IMG/VR virus record: IMGVR_UViG_3300042348_001111 | Location: 43,453 to 107,452 of that record | Reading direction: 5' to 3' (one strand) | DNA length: 64,000 bases | From: a virus | Lineage: Duplodnaviria > Heunggongvirae > Uroviricota > Caudoviricetes | In this document: piece after piece, positions 46,641 to 56,579 of the stretch | Position numbering within the stretch: the stretch's first letter is position 1 | Layout of the letters: every line of letters begins with the position of its first letter | Translations under genes and position numbers: made by a program | Notes under the pieces: model-generated | The model's input: only the letters and a program-made list of their open reading frames with translations | Told to the model about the DNA's origin: nothing | Database searches by the model: none

Positions 46641-47657
46641 ATGTTTTCAAGTAAGTATTTCATTGAAGATGTCAATCATGTTCCAGCTACCTGGATCTTT
46701 GAAAACTACCTGGGTCTCCCAGAACCTCTGACAGGCCAGCGCATGCGCATCAACTCTTTGTTTAACCCCAACGACAAGACACCGTCCATGTACTTGTACT
46801 TTAACAAAGAGGCAGAATCATACCGCTACAAGTGCTTCTCCACCGGCAAAGGAGGCAGCGCAGTGGACCTGATGATGCACCTGTGGAATGTAGGCTTTGC
46901 AGAAGCTTCTAAAAAGATAATCACTGACTATGTGGCCTATCAACGTTCTGGTAAAACCTGTAACGTCAAGATCATTGAACACGCTCGTTGGCAAGTAGCT
47001 GACTATAAAGTACGTCAATGGAATAAAGACGATGCCAATTTCTGGGGTGCGTACAACATTTCCAGTGAGCTCTTGGAAAAGTACAATGTGGTGCCCATAG
47101 GACGCTACATTATGCAGAAAAAGAGTTCTGATAATCATGTAGAACAAGAGTTTGAAGTGGTCAGCAAGTTCATTTATGGTTACTTCAGCCAGGAAGGACA
47201 GCTCTATAAGATTTATCAGCCTAAAAACCGTGAGCGCAAGTTTATCAAGCTATGTAACCACACCCAAGGCTACGATCAGTTAGAAGATAAACCCTATCTG
47301 GTAATAGCGTCTTCTCTGAAAGACTGTTTGGCTATCAAGAGCATGAATCTTCAGTGCGATGTAGTAGCACCTGATAGTGAAAACACGCTGCTTAGCGATG
47401 AGTTAATGACAGAGTTTAAACAGGTCTATCGCGCTATTGTGACTGTATTTGACAGTGACCAGGCAGGTATACAGGCTATGAAAAACTACGAACAACGCCA
47501 TGGTCTGCCTTTTATCTATGTTCCTTTGGAAAAAGACATTGCAGATGTGGTCAAACAACATGGTGTCAAACGTGCCATGATGGAGTTTGTTCCGCGACTT
47601 AACAACGCTATAGATGCTTACTTGCAACCAGAGCCTGCAGGTTTTGGTTTGTTGTAG
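46641..47657 (+). CDS. DnaG-like DNA primase (Zn-binding plus TOPRIM)
   Basis: The segment YKCFSTGKGGSAVDLMM resembles the DnaG zinc-finger region. TOPRIM IVTVFDSDQAGIQA. The start is set at ATG 46641. Confidence 0.6.
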   Translation: MFSSKYFIEDVNHVPATWIFENYLGLPEPLTGQRMRINSLFNPNDKTPSMYLYFNKEAESYRYKCFSTGKGGSAVDLMMHLWNVGFAEASKKIITDYVAYQRSGKTCNVKIIEHARWQVADYKVRQWNKDDANFWGAYNISSELLEKYNVVPIGRYIMQKKSSDNHVEQEFEVVSKFIYGYFSQEGQLYKIYQPKNRERKFIKLCNHTQGYDQLEDKPYLVIASSLKDCLAIKSMNLQCDVVAPDSENTLLSDELMTEFKQVYRAIVTVFDSDQAGIQAMKNYEQRHGLPFIYVPLEKDIADVVKQHGVKRAMMEFVPRLNNAIDAYLQPEPAGFGLL

Positions 47658-47700
47658 AGTTTTGGCTACTTTTGTAGAGCTTACATATAACCAAAACTTT

Positions 47701-48156
47701 ATGAATAACTGGATACACACAGACACCGGCAAGACCGTTCTGCAACTGGAAGACCTGCCCAACCACGAAGAAGTGGTAGGCTTTGTCTACAAGATCACCA
47801 ACTTAAAGACTGGCAAGTTTTACATTGGCAAAAAAAGTCTTCACTCATCAAGAAAGACAAGATTATCTAAAAGAGAAAAGACAACCACAGGTACCAGAAA
47901 AATCTTCAAAAAGGTTGTCAAAGAGTCTGACTGGCTCAAATATCATGGTTCTTCAGCTGACCTGAAGCATGATGTAGAAAGACTGGGACCTGAGAATTTT
48001 AAACGAGAGATCCTTGAGCTCTGTTGCACCAAAAAATATCTTTCCTTTTGTGAGTTGTCCTGGCAGATCAAGCACGACGTGCTGAAGTCTAACAGCTACA
48101 ACGGTAACATCCTGGGCAGATACTATGGCAGAGACATGGAAAACTGCAAATGTTAA
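47701..48156 (+). CDS. GIY-YIG homing endonuclease
   Basis: GFVYKITNLKTGKFYIGKK is a GIY-YIG motif near the N-terminus. ATG at 47701. Confidence 0.6.
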   Translation: MNNWIHTDTGKTVLQLEDLPNHEEVVGFVYKITNLKTGKFYIGKKSLHSSRKTRLSKREKTTTGTRKIFKKVVKESDWLKYHGSSADLKHDVERLGPENFKREILELCCTKKYLSFCELSWQIKHDVLKSNSYNGNILGRYYGRDMENCKC

Positions 48157-48160
48157 CACT

Positions 48161-48352
48161 ATGCCACAAATTAAACACCACCCGGAATCTCCACTTCTCA
48201 AAGCTGTGGTAGAACAGATCAAAAAAGATTTGCAAGAAAAAGATGAAACAGCTATTTATGAGCTGCTCAGTTTTATTTCTCCTGTCAGTTTGATTCAGTA
48301 TCTACCTGAAAAAAGATGGAAAGAGTTTCCTCCACACAAAGAAATAAAGTAA
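48161..48352 (+). CDS. Hypothetical small protein
   Basis: An ATG follows the GIY-YIG stop directly (MPQIKHH). Confidence 0.3.
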   Translation: MPQIKHHPESPLLKAVVEQIKKDLQEKDETAIYELLSFISPVSLIQYLPEKRWKEFPPHKEIK

Positions 48353-49408
48353 ATGGCAACATCTAAGTTTATCGCACCCAACATCTCTTTTTCAGATCGT
48401 CTGCAAAAGGAGGAGGAGTTTTTCTCCAAACCATTTTTATTGTCGTATTCAGGACTCAACAGACTATTGTACAGTCCTGCACTTTTCTACAACCATTATG
48501 TGCTGGGTCAGCGCGATGATGTAGAAGACCGCAACATGATTGAAGGCAAGCTTATTCATTGTTTGCTGCTTAACCCAGAGAACTTTGACAAAGAGTTTGT
48601 GCTTAGTGCACAGGACATTCCTTCTGACAATCCACGTCAGCTTTTGCAGACGTTATTTAATCACTACAAAGAATTAAAACAACATAATCCAGAAGACGTG
48701 CGTGAGGACCTGCATGAGTTTTCAGGCGCTATCGTTGATATTCTTTCAGACATGAACCTGTACCAGTCGCTTAAGACTGATGCACAGCGTCTAGATAAGA
48801 TCATTACTGAAAAGCATGTATCTTATTGGGAATATCTCAAAGCTTCACAGAACCGCACGATCATAGACCATGACACGTACAACTTTGCAAAGAGTGTGGT
48901 GGAAAACATCAAAAACACACCTGCTGTTATTGACGTTATGGGTTTCTTTGAAGACCCACTACGAGGTATCATTAAGCAAAACGAGGTAGAACTGGTAAAG
49001 TTTTCTGATGATCATCCCTTTGGTCTGAGAGGTTTTATTGACAACTTAGTGATTGATCCTTCTACAAAGACAATTAAGGTCAATGACTTAAAAAAGTCAA
49101 GCAAAAACATCTCTTCTTTTAAAGATTCTATTGAATACTACCGGTACTACTTGCAGGCAGCTATGTATTACAAGCTTGTAGAGCACGTGTACTTGAGTCG
49201 TCCTGAGTACAAAAACTTCAAGATTGTATTTCGCTTTGTGGTAGTAGATCCTTATATGCAAATAGCACCTATTCGCGTGTCTGATGAAAAAATGCAAGAG
49301 TGGCTTAATATCTTAGATGAAATGCTTGCACAAGCAGTGCATCACTTTCAAACAAAAGACTTTGAGTTACCCTATGAATTTTTAATCAACAGCGAAGTAG
49401 TACTATGA
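48353..49408 (+). CDS. RecB-family PD-(D/E)XK exonuclease
   Basis: GFIDNLVID...IKVNDLKKS (D...D-x-K) and the QAAMYY QxxxY motif. Confidence 0.55.
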   Translation: MATSKFIAPNISFSDRLQKEEEFFSKPFLLSYSGLNRLLYSPALFYNHYVLGQRDDVEDRNMIEGKLIHCLLLNPENFDKEFVLSAQDIPSDNPRQLLQTLFNHYKELKQHNPEDVREDLHEFSGAIVDILSDMNLYQSLKTDAQRLDKIITEKHVSYWEYLKASQNRTIIDHDTYNFAKSVVENIKNTPAVIDVMGFFEDPLRGIIKQNEVELVKFSDDHPFGLRGFIDNLVIDPSTKTIKVNDLKKSSKNISSFKDSIEYYRYYLQAAMYYKLVEHVYLSRPEYKNFKIVFRFVVVDPYMQIAPIRVSDEKMQEWLNILDEMLAQAVHHFQTKDFELPYEFLINSEVVL

Positions 49409-49974
49409 TATCGCAAATCTATCACAAGTATTTTCAAAAGTCTTTTACGTTCTTATATCCACTGTTAGGTTTTAAAAGGACCAAGCATCCCAGACCAGTT
49501 CAAACATTTTTGATTTGGAAAGATACTGTTCTTGATGATCCTCAAAAACGAAAACTTGTGTGTGTATACGAAAAAAAAGACACTGAAGAATGGCGTAGTT
49601 TTGAAAGCAATTATCTTATTACACATAAACAATTAGAAACATGTGTGCCAATAAGTGATAAAACTATTGTTTATGTTTTTGATTTTAACTGCTTTAGTGC
49701 AGACTATGACTATTTCCTAAAAGGTAAGTATTCACAAATGTCTTCTGCTGCCAAGAAGATGTTAACTGACTTTTATGGCACTCATACACCTGAATGGGTG
49801 TATATAGAATCTTTTCTTTTTCCAGCTAAATATTTTAAAATGTACGCTCAAATACTTGACATGGAGGAATCACTCCTCAAAAGTGTTGGAGAATTATGTG
49901 ATCGTTTTAATCTTGAAAAAGAAACTTGTTTGGTAACTTTACCAGATGATATTGAACTGTTCATTAACCCTTAA
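49405..49974 (+). CDS. Hypothetical protein
   Basis: 189 aa. Confidence 0.4.
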   Translation: MISQIYHKYFQKSFTFLYPLLGFKRTKHPRPVQTFLIWKDTVLDDPQKRKLVCVYEKKDTEEWRSFESNYLITHKQLETCVPISDKTIVYVFDFNCFSADYDYFLKGKYSQMSSAAKKMLTDFYGTHTPEWVYIESFLFPAKYFKMYAQILDMEESLLKSVGELCDRFNLEKETCLVTLPDDIELFINP

Positions 49975-49993
49975 ACCAATTTAACAATCCTTT

Positions 49994-50383
49994 ATGACAA
50001 CAGGAAACAAAACCATGCTGATATACAATACAGACTGGTATGGACGCAATTCTTTTCGCATGATGCCAATTACAAATGACTGTCCTTTTAATGAGGTTAT
50101 TTATGACCCCAACACCGGCGTCTTGGCAGTCATAAGTCGCGATCACAAGGAGAAACCTCAAATGCTGCCCAAGCTTAATGACAAAGGTATGCCTATTCCT
50201 TTAAAACTTGGCAGTGATGCTGCGCAGTCACGTTTTGTTGAGGAACGGCGTATGATGGATACTTATTACGAGTACTATCTTGACAACAAAAATGATATTA
50301 GGAACTTTGTTTTGCATTTTGCTATTAATCCAGAACATGTTGCGTTGAGTATTTTAAATGAAGAATCTGAAAAAGAATCTTGA
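49994..50383 (+). CDS. Hypothetical protein
   Basis: 129 aa. Confidence 0.4.
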   Translation: MTTGNKTMLIYNTDWYGRNSFRMMPITNDCPFNEVIYDPNTGVLAVISRDHKEKPQMLPKLNDKGMPIPLKLGSDAAQSRFVEERRMMDTYYEYYLDNKNDIRNFVLHFAINPEHVALSILNEESEKES

Positions 50384-52365
50384 TGACTAGACAGCGCAAG
50401 TTTTGGATAATGGACTACGAAACCATTGTCAATTGCTTTGTTGCGGTGTTTAGTGCTTATGACTCTGAAGAACAACATGTATTTGTTGTCAATCGTGACA
50501 CAAATGATATGCCTGCTTTTTTGGAGTTTCTTAAGCATAATCAAGCAAATAAAGATTGGCACTTTGGTTACAATAATCTGTCCTTTGATGCTCAGATTAC
50601 TGAGTACATTACACAAAACGCTGGCTATTTTGCTAACCGGTCTGCAGAAGAAATTACCTCAACAATTTATCAGTATGCTCAGCATATTATTGAAAAAACT
50701 GATCGTAAGGAGTTTCTTGACTATCCAGAATATAAGTTAAGCATACCTTGTGTAGACATCTACAAACTCAACCACTGGGACAGTAATGCTAAACGCACTT
50801 CTCTGAAATGGGTTCAGTTCTCTATGGACTGGAACAATGTTGAAGAGATGCCGCATCATCACTATGAACCTGTGAGTGACGATCACACTTTGCAAAAAGT
50901 GGTGTCGTATTGCATCAATGACGTGGCGTCAACCAAGCAAATCTTTCTGCTTAAAAACGCTAAAGGTGAACAGATCATGGCTTCGCAAATTAACCTGCGT
51001 GCTGAACTTAGTGCCACTTACAATCTTACTCTGTACAGTGCATCAGAACCAAGAATTAGCAAAGAGATGTTTTTGCACTTCTTGAGTGAAAAGTTAAACA
51101 GAGATAAGCGCGACATCAAGAACATGCGCACAACACGTTCACATGTTACTGTCAGAGATATCATACTACCTTATGTAAGCTTTTCTACGCCGGAGTTTAC
51201 CAGTGTTTACAACTGGTTTAAATCTCTTGTAGTAGATACAAAGATTTTAGACGAAACAGAAGAGTCTCAAAAAAGCAAAGGTCCTAAACATCGTGTACTC
51301 TTTAAAGGGGTTCCCACAGACTATGGTTTGGGAGGATTGCATGGTTGTGCTGCTTCAGGTATCTACACTGCAGGTGCCGGTAAGAAGATCTTGTCAGCTG
51401 ATGTGACCTCGTTTTATCCTAACCTGGCTATCAAGAACCGCTGGTCTCCTGCACACATTCCCCAGAATGATTTCTGTCAGCTATACGAATGGTTCTTTGA
51501 AGAGCGCAAGAAGTATCCAAAGTCTTCTCCACTCAACTATCTGTTCAAGATTATTCTGAACTCTACCTACGGTTTGAGCAAAAACAAGTATTCGTTTCTC
51601 TATGACCCTGAGTTTACGTTCAAGATTACTATTAACGGTCAGCTATTGCTTACGATGCTCTATGAGATGATCGCTACACGCATCCCTGGCGCACAGCCAC
51701 TGATGCAGAACACAGATGGTTTGGAGTTTATGATTGATGAACAATATGAAGAATTGTTCTACCAAATCTGTAAAGAATGGGAAGCTATGACACAGCTGCA
51801 GTTGGAAACGGTAGAATATCAAAAGATGATCATCGGTGATGTAAACAACTACATTGCCATAGATACTTCTGGTAAGACTAAGTGCAAGGGACGTTTTGAA
51901 TTTGAAGAACTCCCGCTACATAAAAACAAGTCTATGCTGATCATACCAAAAGCTTGGTACGCCTACTTTGTACATGGTACAGATCCTGCTGAGTTTTTAC
52001 AAGCTAACCGCAATGTTTATGACTACTGCGTTGGAGCCAAACTCAGAGGTGACTGGTATTTTACCAAGCGCAGTCTAGAAGAAGGTTCTTTTATAGAAGA
52101 AAGACTTCAAAAACTTGTACGCTACTACATATCCAATACTGGATGTAAGATTATTAAGTGCAACCCTGATGGCAGGGAAATACAACTTGAAAGTGGTAGA
52201 TCTCTTCAAACCATTTTTAATAAACATGAAAATAAATCTTGGTCTGAATACAATATCAATGAACAGTTTTATTTAGACAAAATCTATGACGAGATTAAGA
52301 AGATAGAAAAGTCTTCTTCTGTATTACCACATAAAGAACAACAAGTTCAACTAACTTTATTTTAA
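50383..52365 (+). CDS. DNA polymerase, family-B-like, with a 3'-5' exonuclease domain
   Basis: Exo I IMDYETI, Exo II YNNLSFDAQI, Exo III YCINDVAS. Pol motif A DVTSFYPNLA, motif B KIILNSTYG, motif C QNTDGLEF. Confidence 0.7.
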   Translation: MTRQRKFWIMDYETIVNCFVAVFSAYDSEEQHVFVVNRDTNDMPAFLEFLKHNQANKDWHFGYNNLSFDAQITEYITQNAGYFANRSAEEITSTIYQYAQHIIEKTDRKEFLDYPEYKLSIPCVDIYKLNHWDSNAKRTSLKWVQFSMDWNNVEEMPHHHYEPVSDDHTLQKVVSYCINDVASTKQIFLLKNAKGEQIMASQINLRAELSATYNLTLYSASEPRISKEMFLHFLSEKLNRDKRDIKNMRTTRSHVTVRDIILPYVSFSTPEFTSVYNWFKSLVVDTKILDETEESQKSKGPKHRVLFKGVPTDYGLGGLHGCAASGIYTAGAGKKILSADVTSFYPNLAIKNRWSPAHIPQNDFCQLYEWFFEERKKYPKSSPLNYLFKIILNSTYGLSKNKYSFLYDPEFTFKITINGQLLLTMLYEMIATRIPGAQPLMQNTDGLEFMIDEQYEELFYQICKEWEAMTQLQLETVEYQKMIIGDVNNYIAIDTSGKTKCKGRFEFEELPLHKNKSMLIIPKAWYAYFVHGTDPAEFLQANRNVYDYCVGAKLRGDWYFTKRSLEEGSFIEERLQKLVRYYISNTGCKIIKCNPDGREIQLESGRSLQTIFNKHENKSWSEYNINEQFYLDKIYDEIKKIEKSSSVLPHKEQQVQLTLF

Positions 52366-52368
52366 AAA

Positions 52369-53199
52369 ATGAAAAGAACAATTAATGGTGTAGCAGCATA
52401 TTCCAAAATACTTGGAACTGCGCTCCCTGAAAAAACAGCAACATACACACCTATTTCTCACATATCCGTAATAAATCGTATTCGTTCTGAAATTACTAGA
52501 GCAGGTTACATTATTACAGGTGAAGAATATCGTTGTACAAATGACGGTCAAATTGCAATTGGTACATTACGTCTTAACTACAAAGTTGATCCGGACATTG
52601 AGTTAAGTGCAAATTTTCTAAATTCTTACAACAAGATGTATGCATTTCGCTTTAGTCTTGGTGGCCTTGTCAAAGTATGTAACAATGGAATGATGCTTTC
52701 AGATAGTAAGTTTGGGTCATACAAACGTGTACATAAGGGTTCTGCAGACATACTTGCTGAAGGTAAGATTAGCAATTTTATTAGCAACTCTGAAGAATAC
52801 TGGAACCATTTAGTGAAACACAAGAATAACATGAAAGGCATACTGTTGTCAAGTACTGCTATACATGACATTTTGGGAGAACTATTTTTCAATAAAAAAG
52901 TTCTTAACACTATGCAACTGAATACAATACGCTCTGAAATGGAGCGTCCATGTTTTGACTATAAGGTTGATAATGACTCTGCATGGGCTCTTTATAATCA
53001 TATTAGTCTTGCACTAAAAGATTCACATCCATCTGACTGGATGAGTGATCAGCTTATGGTTCATGATCTTTTTGAGAAGATGCTTGATCTAGGTGAGGAC
53101 GACGATTTATCTACTGAAACTGAAACTGAAGTAGAAACGCCGTATGAAGAAGAAAGAGAATCAGAAGTAGTAGAAGATGTGTTAACATTTCCCTTTTAA
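52369..53199 (+). CDS. Hypothetical protein with an SSB-like acidic C-terminal tail ending in Phe
   Basis: C-terminus DDDLSTETETEVETPYEEERESEVVEDVLTFPF. Lies directly downstream of the polymerase. Confidence 0.35.
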   Translation: MKRTINGVAAYSKILGTALPEKTATYTPISHISVINRIRSEITRAGYIITGEEYRCTNDGQIAIGTLRLNYKVDPDIELSANFLNSYNKMYAFRFSLGGLVKVCNNGMMLSDSKFGSYKRVHKGSADILAEGKISNFISNSEEYWNHLVKHKNNMKGILLSSTAIHDILGELFFNKKVLNTMQLNTIRSEMERPCFDYKVDNDSAWALYNHISLALKDSHPSDWMSDQLMVHDLFEKMLDLGEDDDLSTETETEVETPYEEERESEVVEDVLTFPF

Positions 53200-53430
53200 T
53201 CTGTAAACCAAAAAGAAAAGAGAGAGGCATTGTCCTCTCTCTATCTTTTTTTAACCACTGACTACTATGCAAACCCCTGATATCATTGAAGATGCTTTTA
53301 AAAAGCTTCATAAAAAGCAAACACGTTTCAGTAAATTTTACATTCTGAAACGCTACCTGCGTCTTAAGTACAGGTTGGATATCTCCAGAGCCTGTTTGTT
53401 CAACCGCATAAAAATGTACAACAAAACAAA

Positions 53431-54126
53431 ATGAGAACAACTCCCCCAAATATTATCGGTATCTCTGGTAAGATAGGTTCTGGTAAAGACACTGTTGGAA
53501 AGATTATCCAGCTTGTCACTCACAAGCACAATTTTTCAGATGAACTTATACTGCATTTTCTTACTCACAAAACAGAAGCTATTGACCTGAGTCATTGGGC
53601 GATCAAAAAATTTGCAGGAAAACTTAAAGAGGTAGCATCTATGCTTACCGGAATTCCTATCTATAAGTTTGAAGACCAAGAGTTTAAAAAGCAAACGCTA
53701 TCTGCAATGTGGGACTATCCTATTGAAGTAGCTCCTGGAGAAATTCATATGGCACCCATGACAGTGCGTGAACTCTTGCAAAGGTTGGGCACTGAAGCAA
53801 TGCGTAACGGATTGCATTCTGACACATGGGTCAATGCGCTTATGTCTGAGTTTATTCCCTATTCATCAAGAGGTAGTCAGTATGAAGAAATGGTCTCTAA
53901 ATGGATTATTACTGACACGCGCTTTCCCAATGAAGCACAAGCTATTAAAGCACGAGACGGCGTAGTAATACGTATTAATCGTGGTGTAGACAATGGAAAT
54001 CATCCTAGTGAGACAGCGCTTGACAATTATGCTTTTGACTATATCATTGACAATAATGGTACTATGGAAGAACTAATTGCCAGTGTCAGATACGTGTGTC
54101 GTGTTCTAAATCTCAGTAACCTTTAA
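53431..54126 (+). CDS. P-loop kinase, deoxynucleoside monophosphate kinase-like (T4 gp1-like)
   Basis: N-terminus IIGISGKIGSGKDT matches the dNMP kinase P-loop. Confidence 0.55.
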   Translation: MRTTPPNIIGISGKIGSGKDTVGKIIQLVTHKHNFSDELILHFLTHKTEAIDLSHWAIKKFAGKLKEVASMLTGIPIYKFEDQEFKKQTLSAMWDYPIEVAPGEIHMAPMTVRELLQRLGTEAMRNGLHSDTWVNALMSEFIPYSSRGSQYEEMVSKWIITDTRFPNEAQAIKARDGVVIRINRGVDNGNHPSETALDNYAFDYIIDNNGTMEELIASVRYVCRVLNLSNL

Positions 54127-54137
54127 ACCAATTCTGT

Positions 54138-54455
54138 ATGAAATCAGATAAATATCTTGTCATCAACAACCATTACTTGGAAGTAGAGTACTACATAGAA
54201 AGTGATGATAACTGGTACACACTTAGAAGATCTAACTCAAAAATATGGTCTGAAGACGTCCACTATGAAAAAATCCTTTCCATTAAAGACACCGGTGAAG
54301 GTTACAAAATTGAATGGGAAGAAAAACCTTCAAAAGTAATGGACTACAGTTCAGCTGCAGAACTTACACTGCTACTTAATTTTATTACAAAGAAAGACAA
54401 AAACCCTTCACAATATCACATGGTCAATGTCTTAAATATGCATCAACTGCTGTAA
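54138..54455 (+). CDS. Hypothetical protein
   Basis: 105 aa. Confidence 0.4.
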   Translation: MKSDKYLVINNHYLEVEYYIESDDNWYTLRRSNSKIWSEDVHYEKILSIKDTGEGYKIEWEEKPSKVMDYSSAAELTLLLNFITKKDKNPSQYHMVNVLNMHQLL

Positions 54456-54524
54456 AATGAAAAGCCCCCTGAATAAGGGGGCCTTTCTGAAGAAAAAAAA
54501 CCAACTACCCCTAGTAGTATATCA

Positions 54525-55058
54525 TCATGCTTCATTGACAGATAGACTGCCATTTGAAGCTAAGTGTATTTTTCTGACATTAGCAGGAATATTATTATAC
54601 TCCGGACGTCTTACTTGTGACAATCTTGCTTTATCTATGCGCACTACAGATACTTTATTACCCTGATTTCCACCCAGTACATGATACGCGTTGGTATCCT
54701 CACCAATATAAATACCAACATGCCCGCCACCTTTGCGGGTAAATGTGAGAACATCAGCAAGCATGGCGTTTTGAGGATCCACCTGAATACCAAAACTATT
54801 CCATGCAAGTGCTCTGAGAGGAATAGGGGGAACCGGTCTACCAGCTCTGTGCATTACTACCGCCATGAATAAACCACACCACGCAATTTCATCACTTGTA
54901 TATGTACCCTGCAGACCTGTTTCTTTCGCCCAACCCATGATCACAGGATTATGTTTAGGACCTACAGTTTCTTCAGTACCATATAGTTCTACAGCTTTTA
55001 GTAGATGTCTAGGTGCAAGTTCTTGACCCAACCACATGAGATTTTTAGGAAGCTTCAT
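54525..55058 (-). CDS. Cell-wall hydrolase of the TIGR02594-like (NlpC/P60/CHAP-type Cys-His peptidase) family, a putative endolysin
   Basis: HNPVIMGWAKETGL...DEIAWCGLFMAVVMHRAG...HVGIYIG is the family signature. Lies downstream of the holin-like gene. Confidence 0.6.
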   Translation of the reverse strand: MKLPKNLMWLGQELAPRHLLKAVELYGTEETVGPKHNPVIMGWAKETGLQGTYTSDEIAWCGLFMAVVMHRAGRPVPPIPLRALAWNSFGIQVDPQNAMLADVLTFTRKGGGHVGIYIGEDTNAYHVLGGNQGNKVSVVRIDKARLSQVRRPEYNNIPANVRKIHLASNGSLSVNEA

Positions 55059-55061
55059 GAA

Positions 55062-55673
55062 TTATTTTTTGAAAGAAATTTTCCAATAACTTGATACACC
55101 AATCTGTGCTGGTCTCTTACCGTCTGTGAGAATATACAAACCATAAATTTGTTCTCTTTTATTTTTGTATAGAAGACCACCTTGCAGACTGAGGTCGTTT
55201 AGTGCTGTATTTACAGACAAACCGCCGCCGGCATAAACTTGTTTTTTAGGAGGAAGTGTGACTGTTTTTGTAATTGTTGGAATTACATAAGACAACATGT
55301 ATGTATGTTGTTTTAGTCTATTATACTGTATTGTGTCATAGACTATAACATGTCCAAATGAATCAAGGAGTAAAGTATCCCTGTAAATATTTCTTGCAAC
55401 ATAGTTTTTAGCAAGCGATTCAAATTGCAACTTTAAAGAATCATAGCAGCTATCTGGAAGAAATACTGTGTCCCCTGGTAGAGGAATTGTGTCTCTTTTA
55501 ATCTGAGTCACATACTTGATTATTACAGTGTCTTTGAGAAGATACTGTGTATCAATAACCACTTCTTTCTGTGGTTCTGAATCTGGGCAAGGTGTTTGTT
55601 TTGGCGTACAGCCGCGTTGCAATAAGATGATTAGCACCAAAAACATTATGATGCTGTAGGTAAATCTGTTCAT
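55062..55673 (-). CDS. Secreted or lipid-anchored protein (possible outer-membrane spanin-like component)
   Basis: N-terminal signal peptide with a Cys after LLQRG. 203 aa. Confidence 0.4.
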   Translation of the reverse strand: MNRFTYSIIMFLVLIILLQRGCTPKQTPCPDSEPQKEVVIDTQYLLKDTVIIKYVTQIKRDTIPLPGDTVFLPDSCYDSLKLQFESLAKNYVARNIYRDTLLLDSFGHVIVYDTIQYNRLKQHTYMLSYVIPTITKTVTLPPKKQVYAGGGLSVNTALNDLSLQGGLLYKNKREQIYGLYILTDGKRPAQIGVSSYWKISFKK

Positions 55674-55966
55674 TCTTGAGAGGTTGTTGGTTTAGATGTT
55701 TTTGTTGATGCTGCTTTTCCTTTAAAGGAAAACTTGTCAATAGAATCAGCACCCATTCCTATAGCAGTAATGATGACGATCGCGTCAACAAGTATATCTG
55801 CAGGTTTAATAGAAGGATCAATAGTACAGTTTATTGCCATTACAACACATAGAAAAACTGCACCCATAATAGCAATTACAGGTTTGACAGAGACGCTACC
55901 TCGCTCGTCTTTTGTCAAATCATGCAACCAATTGACAAACTTATTCATTTTGACAAACTTATTCAT
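55670..55966 (-). CDS. Holin-like 2-TM protein with a dual-start motif (MNKFVKMNKFV)
   Basis: Two TM helices. A tandem direct repeat of an 18-nt unit at the 5' end creates two in-frame Met starts 6 codons apart. Confidence 0.55.
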   Translation of the reverse strand: MNKFVKMNKFVNWLHDLTKDERGSVSVKPVIAIMGAVFLCVVMAINCTIDPSIKPADILVDAIVIITAIGMGADSIDKFSFKGKAASTKTSKPTTSQE

Positions 55967-56370
55967 TTTTTATTTTTGTATTTATTACTCAGATAGAACT
56001 CCTCATCTCTTTGATAAAACGCAGGTTGGCGTTCTGACAAGGGTTGTTCTTGAAAAGGTTGCCTTGATGTACCATCAGTGCGAGCTTTTGTAAAGTAAAG
56101 TTCTTTGAGTAGCTTAACGTCATCCTCTAACTGTTCAATCTTGACTCTATCAGCACTTTGCTGAGTTAGCAGGAGCTTGATATCTGCTCTCATTTCTGTT
56201 ACATCCCGCCACAAAAGCATACCTACAATGGCAATTAGAATAGGACTTGCCCATTCTTTAAGAGCAGAAATAACTTGCTCTTTAGGGTGATTTTCTAAAT
56301 TTTGCATAAGTTGAAAATATGAAAAGAATATATTGTCAATACCTCTACCACCCTCACTTATAATATACAT
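55963..56370 (-). CDS. i-spanin-like protein (N-terminal TM plus periplasmic coiled coil)
   Basis: One TM (ILIAIVGMLLW) followed by a charged coiled coil. First gene of the leftward lysis cassette. Confidence 0.4.
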   Translation of the reverse strand: MYIISEGGRGIDNIFFSYFQLMQNLENHPKEQVISALKEWASPILIAIVGMLLWRDVTEMRADIKLLLTQQSADRVKIEQLEDDVKLLKELYFTKARTDGTSRQPFQEQPLSERQPAFYQRDEEFYLSNKYKNKK

Positions 56371-56543
56371 TATTTTGAGTATCCCTGACCAAAAATTCTA
56401 CATTTTATTTTGAAGGTTTGCATATTGTAGCGATATTTGTAACCCTGGTCAGATGATGCTGTTTTTAACTCTAAATTTTTTGGCAATTACTAAAGTTTTT
56501 AGTAACTTGATAAGGTAGGTAATTCTTTCATCCTGCTTTTTGA

Positions 56544-56579
56544 AAACCTGGAAAGTGAAAACTTTACCAGGTTTTTTTA
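56544..56579. terminator. Hairpin AAACCTGG...CCAGGTTT flanked by A- and T-runs (bidirectional terminator-like) inside a divergent intergenic region
   Basis: Seen in the sequence. It is unusually placed between two divergent start codons. Confidence 0.35.
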
